NCBI GenBank assembly: GCA_036918135.1
Contig: JBALDB010000065.1
Coordinates: 63,609 to 127,608 of the forward strand
Reading direction: 5' to 3'
DNA: 64,000 bases
Origin: Nostoc sp.
Lineage (GTDB): Bacteria; Cyanobacteriota; Cyanobacteriia; Cyanobacteriales; Nostocaceae
In this document: one piece after another, positions 42,180 to 54,353 of the stretch
Layout: each line of letters opens with the position of its first letter
Numbering within the stretch: the first letter of the stretch is position 1
Notes under the pieces: model-generated
The model's database searches: none
What the model saw: only the letters and a program-made list of their open reading frames with translations
Told to the model about the DNA's origin: nothing
Position numbers and translations under genes: made by a program

Positions 42180-43799
42180 ATGAAAACATCCAGTTTGAGA
42201 ACAAAGTTCTTTGTTCTAATAATGATCTGTGTTTTGGTAGTCAATGTGCTACTATCAGCACCACAAAAAGCTTTCGCCCAAACAAGTAAACCCAATATCG
42301 TTTTCGTCCTAGTAGATGACATGGACGCTGACACAATTAACAGAGATCCGGAGAAATATGCACCACACATTAAGTCGCTTTTGATCGACAAGGGCGTAAC
42401 ATTTCCCAACTTTTTTGTCGATGTGTCTCTATGCTGCCCATCGCGCACAAGTATTTTGCGCGGTCAGTATGCCCACAACACAGAGGTCTTGACCAATGTA
42501 CTACCTACTGGAGGTTTCCAGAAAGCCTATGCCAAAAAAATAGAAAAAGAGACGATTGCCACCTCGTTACAGGCAAATGGCTACCGGACAGCGTTGATTG
42601 GTAAGTACCTCAACGGCTACCCCGACACAGCCCCCAATGATACCTACATCCCGCCCGGTTGGACAGAGTGGTATAGCCCGATGGAAAAAGGCAACAAGAA
42701 AAACCAACAACACAATTATGGCAATCCTTACACTCAGTACAACTATACACTCAACCAGAATGGCAAGCTGGTCAAGTACCATGACAAGGTGGAAGACTAC
42801 GGTACAGACGTTTATACTGGCTTTGCCACTGATTTCATCAAACGTTCTGCCAGAGACGGCAAACCGTTTTTCCTTTATCTGGCTCCCTTCAACATTCACT
42901 CGCCATATACACCAGCAAAACGCCATAAGTCCCTCTTCCAAGGTGTTGAAGCTCCCACCCCACCCAATTTTAACGAAACCGAAACTGATGGCTTTAGTAC
43001 TAAGCCTAAATTCATGCAGCAACAGTTGAAGCTTCGACTCGATGACGAACAAATTGAATTTGTTAATAAAAGTTATCGAAAGCGCTTGCGATCGCTACAA
43101 TCGGTTGACGAGGCAATTGGTCAGTTAGTCGATACGCTCAAGGCGGAAGGGCAACTTAACAATACTTACATCATTTTCACCTCCGATAACGGTTACAAAC
43201 AGGGTATTCACCGGGTAAGCTTAGGCAAAGAAAGTGCCTACGAGGAAGATATTCGCTTGAATCTGGTAGTGCGTGGACCGGGAATTTCCGCCGGCAAGAA
43301 ACTGCAAGAGCTGGTGGGTAATATCGACTTTTTCCCAACCTTTACCGATATGGCTGGAGTTAAACCACCCACTTTTGTTAATGGACGCTCGTTCTTACCC
43401 TTGTTAAAGGGTACGACTCCAGAACCCTCTAAGTGGCGCTCTGCATTTTTGGTGGAACACACACAGAATCAGAATCTACTTGAAGCTGAGGATATGGATG
43501 ACGATCTGTTACAGCTTGCAGATGAGGATCGGTCACAGCTTCAATCACGCCAAAAACCGAAGCAAGTACTGAAGATCCCTACTTACCAAGCAATCCGGAC
43601 ACGAGATTATACCTATGTTGAATATGAAACTGGGGCGAAGGAACTGTACAACATCAAAAAAGACCCATATCAGTTGAAAAACCTGGCTTCTACAGCCGAT
43701 CCAGCTTTACTTAAACAGCTTGCTGACCGACTGAGTAAACTGCGTACTTGTGAAGCCGATTCCTGTCCGGCAATTGAGGACAAGCCGTTCACTCCTTAA
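42180..43799 (+). CDS. Secreted formylglycine-dependent sulfatase (GlcNAc-6-sulfatase-like)
   Basis: Signal peptide ending AFA, KPNIVFVLVDD, CCPSRTSILRG (CxPxR), GKYLNGY, TSDNG, DPYQLKNLA. Confidence 0.92.
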   Translation: MKTSSLRTKFFVLIMICVLVVNVLLSAPQKAFAQTSKPNIVFVLVDDMDADTINRDPEKYAPHIKSLLIDKGVTFPNFFVDVSLCCPSRTSILRGQYAHNTEVLTNVLPTGGFQKAYAKKIEKETIATSLQANGYRTALIGKYLNGYPDTAPNDTYIPPGWTEWYSPMEKGNKKNQQHNYGNPYTQYNYTLNQNGKLVKYHDKVEDYGTDVYTGFATDFIKRSARDGKPFFLYLAPFNIHSPYTPAKRHKSLFQGVEAPTPPNFNETETDGFSTKPKFMQQQLKLRLDDEQIEFVNKSYRKRLRSLQSVDEAIGQLVDTLKAEGQLNNTYIIFTSDNGYKQGIHRVSLGKESAYEEDIRLNLVVRGPGISAGKKLQELVGNIDFFPTFTDMAGVKPPTFVNGRSFLPLLKGTTPEPSKWRSAFLVEHTQNQNLLEAEDMDDDLLQLADEDRSQLQSRQKPKQVLKIPTYQAIRTRDYTYVEYETGAKELYNIKKDPYQLKNLASTADPALLKQLADRLSKLRTCEADSCPAIEDKPFTP

Positions 43800-44007
43800 G
43801 GGGGTTCTGCCGGGATACGTACCACGTATCCTGGTAAATCAGACAGAGCAACAGCGAATATCCCAAGCCAGCGATAGAATTTAGGGTTTTTGGTTACTTG
43901 CAGCAATCTTTCAATTTAGATGGTGCAGGGTAGTTTACGCAAAGAATACGTGACCTGCAAAGTCGTTTTAAATCATTAATTACGAAAGTAGCATTGTGGA
44001 GGCTCTA

Positions 44008-44460
44008 ATGAACGAATCTTCTGTCATTCCAGTGGTAAAATCGCCGCATGAATATCAGGCTTACCGTATTAGTCCAGATGCCACAAATCGGTTAGCAATC
44101 GTTTTTGATCCAGCAACTGTCAATTTATCTATCACGTATTGTATTGAGATTTTTGATGTTGGGGGAAAAACGCCACCTAATCGACATATATTTGCGGTAG
44201 AGACATTTTTTGTGCTGAAAGGTGAAGGCATTGCAATTTGTGATGGGAAAGAAGTTGCGATTCGTTCCGGAGATACCCTGCTCGTGCCGCCGACGGGAGT
44301 TCATGAGATCCGCAACACTGGGTCAGAGCGACTGTACACGATTACTGTCATGATGCCGAATGAGAATTTTGCCGAACTGATTCGTAGCGGTGTTCCAGTC
44401 AAACTCGATGCTGAAGATTTAGCCGTGCTGCGGCACGGTCTAGTCCAGAAATCAGTTTGA
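44008..44460 (+). CDS. Cupin domain protein
   Basis: TPPNRH...ETFFVLKGEG, GDTLLVPPTGVHEIRN; GGAGG RBS before ATG 44008. Confidence 0.85.
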   Translation: MNESSVIPVVKSPHEYQAYRISPDATNRLAIVFDPATVNLSITYCIEIFDVGGKTPPNRHIFAVETFFVLKGEGIAICDGKEVAIRSGDTLLVPPTGVHEIRNTGSERLYTITVMMPNENFAELIRSGVPVKLDAEDLAVLRHGLVQKSV

Positions 44461-44461
44461 C

Positions 44462-44910
44462 GACATTATCGAAGTGGCTGAGAGCAAGCAAACCTCCATG
44501 ATTATACGAGTCATTCAATAGCTAAATGGGCAGAAATCTTTATCTACGACATGTATCGAGGTCTTTGCCGGACTATGGATGCTAAAAGATGGCACGATCT
44601 GATGATGAAAACCCACGATAATTTTCCGAGAGCCAATACCCAATGGTTTAAGGACTGGTTTCATCCTATATACAGCAAGCATGGTGGCAGTGCCACGTTA
44701 AACAGGTTTTTCCAGTTGTTATCTGACCATTTCCCGAAAAATGGTAATACCTATACACGTAACATGAACTGGGGCGAGTTTGTGCATTTTTGAAGTGGAG
44801 CTGCTGGCAAGAATTTAAAGTCTTTAGCGACCGAAGCGTTTGGCTGGACGGATGATATGCAAGCGCAGTTTAGCAAAGCACGGACTTATTTTTCGAGGAT
44901 TAAGTATTAG
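44462..44910 (+). pseudogene. C-terminal remnant of an uncharacterised domain (recalled from lectin-linked secreted proteins)
   Basis: KWAEIFIYD...DWFHPIY...MNWGEFVHF*SGAAG...AFGW; probable TGG>TGA nonsense at 44791; N-terminus missing. Confidence 0.55.
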
Positions 44911-45264
44911 AAGATGTAGCGAGAAGACGATCGCAGAACCCTTGCAAACTTGAGCTAACTCATAAGTGATACGATCCCAATAACATTTTCCATCTCAAAC
45001 AGAACATCAAACCCTAAGCTAGCTTTGCTTTTATGGGGTGACAATCGCGATCGGATTTGCAGAATTAATTCATCAGGGAGATTAACGATGAAAAACAATG
45101 GAGGGATGACGGCTTATATTAATCCTCAGTCCTCACAGCAATTCAAGAATACTGCTAGGTTACACCCTTGCCAATGACGAACTAGAAACTTTTATTGGTT
45201 CAAAAAGTTAAAAGTTGCGTGCGGGGATTCCCCCCGTTGAGCAAACTTTTCAACACAAAACAAA

Positions 45265-45390
45265 GTTGTTTTTTTTGACAGTGTAAAGCATCAAGGGTAA
45301 AAAAGACTTGTTGACCACAAAACTCGAATATTAATTGTTGTACAATCGCCACTTCACTAATTTTTTGTTGACATTGATTGCATCCTGATT
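45265..45390 (-). mobile_element. ISAs1-family transposase remnant
   Basis: SEVAIVQQLI...FTLDALHCQKK. Confidence 0.7.
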
Positions 45391-45528
45391 GTTTGATAAA
45401 AATAAGGCTTACGCAACTGACACGAAAAACTGTAAGATGTGTGAAGTTATGAAAAAATTTTAGCGTATTAATCAGACTTGTAGCGTTACGCACCAACTCC
45501 CAATTCTGAGCCAGATTGATTAGAGATC

Positions 45529-46617
45529 ATGCTAAACGGATATTCGATTATTGATGCTGATTCCCACGTAATTGAACCTCCCATTATGTGGGCTGAATAT
45601 CTCGAACCAGAATTTAAACAGTTTGCTCCTTCAGCAGAAATGAAAATTCAAGGGGAAGACATTGTAAAAAAAGTCTCTAGGCAAGTTCGAGATCGGGCAA
45701 ATAAGCAAATGATGTCAGCTCATCCTAACGCTTATTTCCAAGGCTACAATGTCGAGTCTCACCTTCAAGAGATGATGCTGATGGGAATCGATCTGGCATT
45801 CCTTTATCCAACTTATGGATTGTGGCTTTGGGCGATCGATACTATGCAACCGGAAGTTGCTGGCGCTTTTACCCGCGCTTACAACAATTGGTTAAAAGAC
45901 TTTTGCAGCTACGATCCAGATAGGTTAAAGGGGGTAGGAGCAATCAATCTGCACACACCAGAGTCAATGGTGGATGAATTGCATAGAATTGTCGATTTTG
46001 GCTGGAAAGCGGTGTTTTTACGTCCTAATCCCGTCAAAGGAAGACTGTTGAGTGACTCGGCTTACGAGCCTTTTTGGACAGAATGCGATCGACTAGGAAT
46101 AGCAGTAGGCATTCACGAAGGGGCTTACAGTCGTTTGCCTACTACTGGAACAGAAAGGTTTAACACTTGTTTTGCTATCCACGCTTGCTCTCATCCGATG
46201 GAACAGATGATGGCTTTATTAGCGTTGATTGAAGGAGGGGTATTAGAACGTCATCCAAAACTGAAAGTGGCTTTTCTGGAGTCTGGTTGTGGCTGGCTTC
46301 CCTATTGGCTGTGGCGATTAGATCAAGAGTATGAAAATTTCGCTTGGGAGGACAAAATTAAGGATAATGTCAAGATGAAGCCCTCGGACTATTTTTGTCG
46401 CCAGTGCTTTATTGCTATAGAGCCTTCAGAACCATTACTAGCTCAGGTGATTGAATATATTGGTACAGACAATTTAATCTTTGGTTCGGACTATCCCCAT
46501 ATGGATCATAAGCCGAACATCGTTGCAGAAATGGTAAAGCTTGAGGAAAAACTATCGAAAGAAACTGTGCAAAAGATTCTTTGGGATAATCCTCGCCGTT
46601 TTTACAATTTGTCTTGA
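45529..46617 (+). CDS. Amidohydrolase family (Amidohydro_2) metalloenzyme
   Basis: IIDADSHVIEP, GIHEG, SHPMEQM, FLESGCGW, FGSDYPH. Confidence 0.9.
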   Translation: MLNGYSIIDADSHVIEPPIMWAEYLEPEFKQFAPSAEMKIQGEDIVKKVSRQVRDRANKQMMSAHPNAYFQGYNVESHLQEMMLMGIDLAFLYPTYGLWLWAIDTMQPEVAGAFTRAYNNWLKDFCSYDPDRLKGVGAINLHTPESMVDELHRIVDFGWKAVFLRPNPVKGRLLSDSAYEPFWTECDRLGIAVGIHEGAYSRLPTTGTERFNTCFAIHACSHPMEQMMALLALIEGGVLERHPKLKVAFLESGCGWLPYWLWRLDQEYENFAWEDKIKDNVKMKPSDYFCRQCFIAIEPSEPLLAQVIEYIGTDNLIFGSDYPHMDHKPNIVAEMVKLEEKLSKETVQKILWDNPRRFYNLS

Positions 46618-46645
46618 ATTACAGATTATATAGGAGGAAAGGACA

Positions 46646-47698
46646 ATGGCTGCACAAAATCCAGATCCAATACAGCCAGATGCGCCGTTTAAGGACAATA
46701 CCTATTACCAGATACTATATGTAGAACCTTCTCAAGAAAAAAACGAGAAAATAACTACAAGCATATTGGCGAAAACAAGGGGTAATAAATCTAATAACGG
46801 TCAAACGTCTAATAATACTCACCCACAGAGTTTTAATCAGTTTGAACTCGATGAAGAAACAATAAACAACTTAGAAAATTATCCTAGACGAAAGGAAGAT
46901 CCAAAAAACCAGCTATCTTCGTATTTACCCTCGTCAGGTGTCGTTTTTCCTCAAGGTTTTATCGACTCATTTTCCAAAGAACATCAACAAACTGAGCTAG
47001 GTAATTTTTATGTCCCAATGCGGACTCTGCTACATAGCCGCAAACTATCTCAGTTAATTGCTAAAACTTGGTGGTCTTATTTAGAAGCAAAAGAAAAGGG
47101 CTTGTGGGATAAATTTACTGCTGGGGAGTGGGATGTTATTGATTTTAATATTTTAGATGGTTTGATCGCTAGAGAAATTTTCCTTTTTGGTGGAGGAGAT
47201 GCTCCTGACAACCCCGATCCCGACGATCCCAGTATTTACTCGCCTTTAAAGCCTAAAGAAACACCTCCAGAACAAGCAAGATTTCTGATTTTGCCTAGCA
47301 GCAGAGCTTGGCAAGGAATTTCTTTATCTCTGTTATTAGCTGGGCAAGCCTATTATAAAAGAGGAGATAAATATCACCAAATTTCCCAACCTATTTTAAG
47401 CACAGGTGAAATCACTATTCAGTATAGTTTAGAAGTAGATTGGAATAGGTTTAATGGTGATATCAAAGAAATTATTATTAGCCAAGAAAAACCTTGGGTA
47501 GCTTATCAGGTTGTTATTCCCTATCCGACTATACCTGTTGATGCCGAACAAGAGGATATTAAAAAATGGGCAGATGCAAAAGAAGACCCAGAAGAGGAAC
47601 GTAATTTTCCCTTTTATAAGAAAGATGGTGAGGAATATTTAATAGATGTGGACTATTTTAGACCTCCCTATCCTTATATTCCACTCACTTGCACTTGA
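46646..47698 (+). CDS. Hypothetical 350-aa protein; candidate giant NHLP-like RiPP precursor
   Basis: Strong RBS AGGAGG; RKLSQLIAKTW helix, IPYPTIP, C-terminus PPYPYIPLTCT carrying the only Cys. Confidence 0.55.
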   Translation: MAAQNPDPIQPDAPFKDNTYYQILYVEPSQEKNEKITTSILAKTRGNKSNNGQTSNNTHPQSFNQFELDEETINNLENYPRRKEDPKNQLSSYLPSSGVVFPQGFIDSFSKEHQQTELGNFYVPMRTLLHSRKLSQLIAKTWWSYLEAKEKGLWDKFTAGEWDVIDFNILDGLIAREIFLFGGGDAPDNPDPDDPSIYSPLKPKETPPEQARFLILPSSRAWQGISLSLLLAGQAYYKRGDKYHQISQPILSTGEITIQYSLEVDWNRFNGDIKEIIISQEKPWVAYQVVIPYPTIPVDAEQEDIKKWADAKEDPEEERNFPFYKKDGEEYLIDVDYFRPPYPYIPLTCT

Positions 47699-47819
47699 TT
47701 TAAAAAGTCACTTCCTGAAAACTCAAGTAAGTACTATGCTGTAGCCTAAAATTTAGATGCTATGATAAAATCCTGGAAAGCCTGTAGAAAAAGGGTTCCA
47801 GGACTTTATCAAACTTCAT

Positions 47820-50800
47820 ATGGATTGGCAGCCAGACAACATTAAAGCAGATTATCAGATTAGCCAAAAAATCTATGAAAGTGCTAATTCATTAGTCTAT
47901 CGAGCCATTCTCAAGCCTGATAATCAACCCGTTATTTTAAAGATTCTCAAGGAAAACTACCCAACTCCTTCAGAACTAACTCGATACAAGCAGGAATATG
48001 AAGTGACCCGCTCCTTAAATACTGATAAAGTTATTAACGCCTATGATTTGCAGCGGTATAAAAATAGTCTAGTCATGTTCTTAGAAGACTTTGGCGGTGA
48101 ATCTTTAAAACTATTAATGGGCAATCAACGCCAATTTACTCTCAAAGAATTTCTCTCTATTGCCATCAAAACTACTGAGAGTTTAGGGGCTATTCACGCT
48201 GCCAATATTATCCACAAAGATATTAACCCCTCTAATATCGTTTATAACCCAGAAACAGAACAACTAAAAATCATCGACTTTGGCATTTCTACCCGTTTAT
48301 CTCGGGAAATTCAGACAGTTGGCAATATTGAACGATTAGAAGGAACTTTAGCTTATATTCCCCCAGAGCAAACTGGAAGAATGAACCGAGGGATAGATTA
48401 CCGCAGCGATTTTTATTCCTTGGGTATCACTTTCTACGAATTGCTCACCAATAAACTGCCTTTTGCAACCACTGACTCCATAGAATTAGTTCATTGTCAT
48501 ATTGCTCAACAACCTGTTCCACCACATGAACTTGTAGAAACATTAAATTCACTGTCTCAACCAATACCTAAAGCTGTTTCAGACATTGTGATGAAATTGT
48601 TGGCAAAAACCCCAGAAGAACGATACCAAAGTGCTTGGGGAATCAAAGCCGACTTGGAAACCTGTCGCGATCGCTTACAGAGTTTAGGGAAAATTGACGA
48701 GTTTTGTTTAGGAACTCAGGATATTTGCGATCGCTTTGTGATTCCCGAAAAACTTTACGGTAGGGAAGAAGAAATCACACAATTATTAACGACTTTCGAG
48801 CGAGTTAGTCAAGGCAGCAGTGAGATGATGCTGGTTTCTGGTTATTCAGGAATTGGCAAATCTGCTCTAGTTAATGAAGTTCATAAACCAATATTACGCC
48901 AGCGAGGATACTTTATTAGCGGAAAATTTGACCAGTTGCAGCGAGACATTCCTTATGGGGCGATTGCATTAGCATTTGGTGACCTAATACGGCAGTTACT
49001 TACCGAAACAGAAGCGACACTACAAACTTGGAAACTAGAACTTTTAGCAGCCTTAGAGCCTAATGCTCAGGCGATCGTAGATGTTATTCCTCAATTGGAG
49101 CAGATTATCGGTAAACAGCCCTCAGTCGAGCAATTAGGAGCAACTGAAGCTCAAAATCGATTTAATTTATTTTTTCAAAGATTTATTCGCGTTTTTACTA
49201 AGAAAGAACACCCTTTAGTTATCTTCCTGGACGATCTACAGTGGGTAGATTTAGCATCTTTGAAGTTAATTGAGCTATTGATATCCGATTTTGATAGCGA
49301 ATATTTATTAATAATAGGAGCTTATCGAGATAATGAAATTGATGTGACTCATCCTTTGATGCAAGCTTTAGAGGAATTTGAAAAAGAAGGTGTTATAGTT
49401 AATAATATCTCGCTGCAACCATTAAAAATAAAATACATCAACCAATTAATTGCTGATACTTTAAATTGCTCTACAGAAAAATCAAAACCTTTAGCAGACT
49501 TAGTAACCAAGAAAACTCAAGGAAATCCTTTTTTTTTCACTCAATTACTCCAATCTCTTTATAGAGAAAACCTTTTTTTATTTGATTACAATAAAAATTG
49601 TTGGCACTGGAATCTTGAAGAAATCGCCAGAGTAGGAATAACTGATAATGTAGTTGACTTAACTATCGACAAAATTACTAAATTAGATAAAAAGACTCAG
49701 AAAATTTTGCAATTGGCCGCTTGTATTGGCAACCAATCTAATTTAGAAATCCTTTCTATCGTCAATAATAAATCTCAAGTGACTACAGCTAGAGAACTTC
49801 ATCCAGCATTAGAATCAGGTTTAATTTTACCCCTCAGTAATGACTATAAAATACCTCTGCTTTGGAATCAAGAAGAAATATCAAGAGATACTTCAGAAAT
49901 CTCCGCTGCTTTTATTGCCAAAATTCCTAAATATGTCTCCTACAAATTTTTGCACGACAGGGTTCAGCAAGCAGCCTATGCTTTGATTCCAGAAGATGAT
50001 AAAAAAACAGTTCATTTGCAAGTAGGTCATTTCTTACTGAAAAATACTCAAGAAAATGAATTAGAGTCAAATATTTTTGATATTGTCAATCAATTGAACG
50101 AAGGAGCTGAATTAATTACTGAGCGCTCAGAAAGAGATAATTTAGCCAAATTAAATCTGAAAGCTGGGAAAAAGGCGAAAGCATCAACAGCTTATCAACC
50201 TGCTTTAAGATATTTAGAAACTTGCTTAGGATTATTAGCAGCAAATAGCTGGGAACAACAGTATAAATTAACTTTAGAAATCTACGTAGAAACTTTGGGA
50301 TTACTCTACTTAAATAATAAGTTTGAACAAATTGAAAAATTTTCAGAAATAATTATAAAAAAAGCTAATAATATTCTTGATTTAGTTGAAGTTTATAGAA
50401 TAAAAGTACAGTATTATTTTGCTATATTTGACAGTCATCACGCAATAGATAGTGCCCTGAATATTTTATCAAAACTAGGAATAGATATCTCTAATCAACC
50501 TATCAATATATATGAGAAAATTGAAAAGCAACAGAAATATATTAAATTATTATTTCAAGATAAAAACAATGAAGATTTAGCAAATTTACCTGTAATAGTA
50601 GATAAATACAAACTAGCAGCTATACAAATATTACAGCAGATGATAGCGCCTACGTTTACTACTAACTTTTCCTTATTTGTTCAAGTAATATTAACTCTAC
50701 TTAATATTTGCATCAAATATGGAAATTATCCCCAAGTTGCTGTTACCTATAGTTTTTATGGACTACTTCTGTGTGGAGTAATAAAGGACATCAATTATGG

Positions 50801-53621
50801 ATATAAGTTTGGAGAATTGTCTATAAAGTTGCTAAATAAATTTGATATACCTCAATCGGAATCTTTAGCTATTCATGTATATTATGGATTTATTTGGCAC
50901 TGGAAAACATTTCTTAATGAACAAATAGCACGGGATAAATTATTAAGTACTTTTCAGAAAGGAATCAATAGAGGAGAGTATGAGTATTCTGGTTATGTAT
51001 CTTTAGATTACTGCTTAATAAAATTTTTTGGAGGAGATGATTTAAAACAAGTTGAAAATGATAAAATAAAATATAGTAATTTTCTGAAAATAAATAAGCA
51101 ACAATATTTAAGTGATTATATAAAAATACTTCAAAATATAGTTAAAATTTTGACAGTAAAATTTAATAATAAAGATTTTTTATTGATTGGAGATTCTCGA
51201 CAAGAAGAAGAAAACAATATCAAAAAATATATTGAAACTTGCAACGAATGGCTACTATTCACTTTCTATTTAAACAAAACAATAGCTTACTATATTTTTC
51301 AAGATTTATACCAAGCTTTTGATAATACAATTAAGACAGAAAAATATATTGAAAGTCTTGGCTCGCATTTAACTGTAGCACAACATAATTTATACTCTTC
51401 TCTTTCCTTCCTAGCTTATCATCACAATTGCACTCAAGAACAGCAAAAACAAATATTAGAAAAAGTAGAACAAAATCAGCATAATCTGAAAATATGGGCT
51501 AGTGATTGCCCCGCAAACTTTGAAAATAAATACAATTTAGTAGAAGCAGAGAAAGCGCGAGTATTGGGTCAAAATTGGCAAGCTCAAGAACTTTATGAAA
51601 AAGCAATTCAAGGTGCTAAAAAATCCGAATTTATTCACGAAGAAGCCATAGCTTACGAACGCGCCGCAGAATTTTATTTCTCTTTAGGTAGAGAAGAAAT
51701 AGGAAGATTATATCTGAGAAATGCCCATCATTGTTATTCTCATTGGGGTGCAAAAGCCAAAGTTCAAGCTTTAAAATTGGAATACCCACAGTTTCTAATG
51801 GATATAAATGACCGAAAAGAAAACCAAAGCATTAATACAACTGAATCTACTGCTAGTACAAATTCCCAGGCTCTCGATATCGTCACAGTTACCAAAGCTT
51901 CTCAAGTATTAGCTAGCGAAATTAAACTAGATCAACTGCTGGCTAAGTTAATGAAAACTGTCATTGAAAATGGCGGTGCTCAAAAAGGCTTTCTGATACT
52001 GGAAAAAGATAGTAAATGGGCGATTGCATCTGAAAGTACAGTAGATTCTGATGACGTGACTTTACTACGATCGCTTCCGATTGACTCTGTAGATGGCGAG
52101 AGTCAGATACCTATCCTACCAATTGCGATCGTTAATTATGTTGTCCGTACTCAAGAAAATGTAGTTCTGAATAACGCTACCGAAGAAGAACAGTTTATCC
52201 GCGATCCCTACATCGTCGCCACTCAACCAAAATCAATTCTCTGTACTCCTTTGTTACATCAAGGCAAACTCAGCGGTATTTTATATTTAGAAAACAATTT
52301 AACCACAGATGCATTTACCAGCGATCGCATTGAAGTTTTAAGAATTCTTTCTGCTCAAGCTGCTATCTCCATTGAAAATGCTCGTCTCTACGGACAGTTA
52401 GAAGACTATAACCGAAATCTAGAACTGAGAGTAGAAGAGCGCACTCAAGAACTCTCACAAACCTTAGAAATTCTCAAAGCCACCCAAGCCGAACTGCTCT
52501 TTGAAAACGAGTTACTCAAAAGTGGCGAACAACCGTCTACCTTTGACTATCAAGTAGGAGGAAGTTTGCCTATGGATGCTGCCACTTACGTCGTGCGTTC
52601 AGCAGACCGTTATCTCTATAATGCTTTGAAGCGGGGGGAGTTTTGTTACATTCTCAATCCTCGCCAGATGGGCAAGTCAAGCTTGATGGTACGCATGATC
52701 CACCATCTCCAGCATGAGGGATTTAGCTGCGGGGCGATCGATTTGACCCGGATTGGTAGCGAAAATGTCACGCCTGACCAATGGTACAAAGGCTTGACAG
52801 TAGAGCTATGGCGAAGTTTTGGTTTATTAAGAAAGGTTAATTTAAAAACTTGGTGGCAAGAACAAGGAGATATTTCTCCAGTTCAGAGATTGAGTCAATT
52901 TATTGAAGAAATTTTGCTAGTTGAAGTTACTCAAAATGATGACACTATCTCTCAAAACCTGATAATTTTTATCGACGAAATTGATAACCTTTTGGGCTTG
53001 AATTTCACAGTTAATGACTTTTTTGCTCTAATTCGCTCCTGCTATAATCAGCGCAGTATTAATCCAGAGTATCGACGTTTAACCTTTGCTCTTTTTGGAG
53101 TTGTCACCCCTGGCGATTTAATTACTGACCATCAAAGAACGCCCTTTAACATTGGTCAGACCATTCAATTGTCAGGCTTTAAAGAGCATGAAGCCCAACC
53201 TTTACTTCAGGGATTGGCAGACAAAGTGAGTAATCCTCAAACAGTCTTCAAAGAAGTGTTAGCCTGGACTGGTGGTCAGCCTTTTTTAACTCAGAAGCTC
53301 TGTAAACTCATCCGCAATTCTTCATCTCCTATTCCTGCCAATAGAGAAGCTGAGTGGATTGAAAATTTGGTGCGAACTCAGGTCATAGAAAATTGGGAAT
53401 CACAGGATGAACCAGAGCATTTTAGAACGATCCGCGATCGCCTCTTCAAAAGTAAACAATCCGTTCGATTATTAGAACTCTATCGACAAATTTTGCATCA
53501 AGGAGAGCTTGTTGCAGTTGACAGTTACGAGGAAAGAGAATTGCTATTGTCGGGGCTAGTAGTCAAGCAACAGGGAACTTTGAAAGTACAAAACCGTATT
53601 TATGAAATTATCTTTGTTTAA
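47820..53621 (+). CDS. Multidomain Ser/Thr kinase - AAA ATPase - TPR-like - GAF - AAA_35 protein
   Basis: [35 protein letters not shown] (SILCTPL, YLENN); YQVGGSL...[24 protein letters not shown]. Confidence 0.92.
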   Translation: MDWQPDNIKADYQISQKIYESANSLVYRAILKPDNQPVILKILKENYPTPSELTRYKQEYEVTRSLNTDKVINAYDLQRYKNSLVMFLEDFGGESLKLLMGNQRQFTLKEFLSIAIKTTESLGAIHAANIIHKDINPSNIVYNPETEQLKIIDFGISTRLSREIQTVGNIERLEGTLAYIPPEQTGRMNRGIDYRSDFYSLGITFYELLTNKLPFATTDSIELVHCHIAQQPVPPHELVETLNSLSQPIPKAVSDIVMKLLAKTPEERYQSAWGIKADLETCRDRLQSLGKIDEFCLGTQDICDRFVIPEKLYGREEEITQLLTTFERVSQGSSEMMLVSGYSGIGKSALVNEVHKPILRQRGYFISGKFDQLQRDIPYGAIALAFGDLIRQLLTETEATLQTWKLELLAALEPNAQAIVDVIPQLEQIIGKQPSVEQLGATEAQNRFNLFFQRFIRVFTKKEHPLVIFLDDLQWVDLASLKLIELLISDFDSEYLLIIGAYRDNEIDVTHPLMQALEEFEKEGVIVNNISLQPLKIKYINQLIADTLNCSTEKSKPLADLVTKKTQGNPFFFTQLLQSLYRENLFLFDYNKNCWHWNLEEIARVGITDNVVDLTIDKITKLDKKTQKILQLAACIGNQSNLEILSIVNNKSQVTTARELHPALESGLILPLSNDYKIPLLWNQEEISRDTSEISAAFIAKIPKYVSYKFLHDRVQQAAYALIPEDDKKTVHLQVGHFLLKNTQENELESNIFDIVNQLNEGAELITERSERDNLAKLNLKAGKKAKASTAYQPALRYLETCLGLLAANSWEQQYKLTLEIYVETLGLLYLNNKFEQIEKFSEIIIKKANNILDLVEVYRIKVQYYFAIFDSHHAIDSALNILSKLGIDISNQPINIYEKIEKQQKYIKLLFQDKNNEDLANLPVIVDKYKLAAIQILQQMIAPTFTTNFSLFVQVILTLLNICIKYGNYPQVAVTYSFYGLLLCGVIKDINYGYKFGELSIKLLNKFDIPQSESLAIHVYYGFIWHWKTFLNEQIARDKLLSTFQKGINRGEYEYSGYVSLDYCLIKFFGGDDLKQVENDKIKYSNFLKINKQQYLSDYIKILQNIVKILTVKFNNKDFLLIGDSRQEEENNIKKYIETCNEWLLFTFYLNKTIAYYIFQDLYQAFDNTIKTEKYIESLGSHLTVAQHNLYSSLSFLAYHHNCTQEQQKQILEKVEQNQHNLKIWASDCPANFENKYNLVEAEKARVLGQNWQAQELYEKAIQGAKKSEFIHEEAIAYERAAEFYFSLGREEIGRLYLRNAHHCYSHWGAKAKVQALKLEYPQFLMDINDRKENQSINTTESTASTNSQALDIVTVTKASQVLASEIKLDQLLAKLMKTVIENGGAQKGFLILEKDSKWAIASESTVDSDDVTLLRSLPIDSVDGESQIPILPIAIVNYVVRTQENVVLNNATEEEQFIRDPYIVATQPKSILCTPLLHQGKLSGILYLENNLTTDAFTSDRIEVLRILSAQAAISIENARLYGQLEDYNRNLELRVEERTQELSQTLEILKATQAELLFENELLKSGEQPSTFDYQVGGSLPMDAATYVVRSADRYLYNALKRGEFCYILNPRQMGKSSLMVRMIHHLQHEGFSCGAIDLTRIGSENVTPDQWYKGLTVELWRSFGLLRKVNLKTWWQEQGDISPVQRLSQFIEEILLVEVTQNDDTISQNLIIFIDEIDNLLGLNFTVNDFFALIRSCYNQRSINPEYRRLTFALFGVVTPGDLITDHQRTPFNIGQTIQLSGFKEHEAQPLLQGLADKVSNPQTVFKEVLAWTGGQPFLTQKLCKLIRNSSSPIPANREAEWIENLVRTQVIENWESQDEPEHFRTIRDRLFKSKQSVRLLELYRQILHQGELVAVDSYEERELLLSGLVVKQQGTLKVQNRIYEIIFV

Positions 53622-53684
53622 TCTACAAAAATTTATTTTGTTTGTTTAAAATAACGTGAATTCATTTTTGCGATCATCCTTAAT

Positions 53685-53920
53685 TAATCGGTCCTGAAAA
53701 ACTCTGTTTGTCTATTTTTGGGGTTCCACCCATCAAGCCGCCTTGGAGAAGGGGTTTGGCAGTGAAATCTCGTCAATTGAGGTGTTTAAAGACCTATAAA
53801 TGCCATCAATATCCACCAGGTTTTGCAATGAGTTGAACATTTTCTTATAATTTCAGACTGGGTTTTAGAGGCTGAAAGCCTTAATTACAAAGGGCTAATT
53901 AGGTTTTTCAGGGACAACTA
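53685..53920. mobile_element. MITE-like element
   Basis: CCTGAAAAAC ... GTTTTTCAGG inverted ends at TAATTA sites. Confidence 0.45.
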
Positions 53921-53923
53921 ATT

Positions 53924-54123
53924 AGGGTCTGCTGAATAATGGTAAAACGTTAATTCATCAATACTTTCAGTCTATTGCTGTAGAAAAAAGTGCAACTAAA
54001 TAGGGGTATGAGGCTAAAAAATCTTGCATTTCTCATTGATTCCATGACAAAAAACCACAAAAAATAGGGATGATTCTGTTCCCTGTTCCCTACCCCAACG
54101 ATAAGACTTTTTCAGTAGACCCT
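53924..54123. mobile_element. MITE, 200 bp
   Basis: AGGGTCTGCTGAA ... TTCAGTAGACCCT (12/13 match), AATT on both flanks. Confidence 0.65.
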
Positions 54124-54353
54124 AATTATACTTTGGCGAGAGTGATAAAAGTGGGTTAGTCCGTAAAATGACAGAAGCTGTTTACGGATGCGATCGCTTC
54201 CGTTATGGATGGAAGAAACAAGACGCACCGAAAAAAATTACACTTTATAGCAGAAGGCAGGAGGCAGAGGGCAGGAGGCAGGGGGTAAAACTATTGCTAA
54301 CTCTCTTCTTTCACCCTTTCAAAATGTCCTAAAGAGTGTGACTACGGCTATAT

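Noticed and set aside
42567..43462. Overlapping and antisense ORFs in the sulfatase, pheT and other long genes
   Set aside because: Shadow frames of well-supported CDSs with no recognisable motifs.
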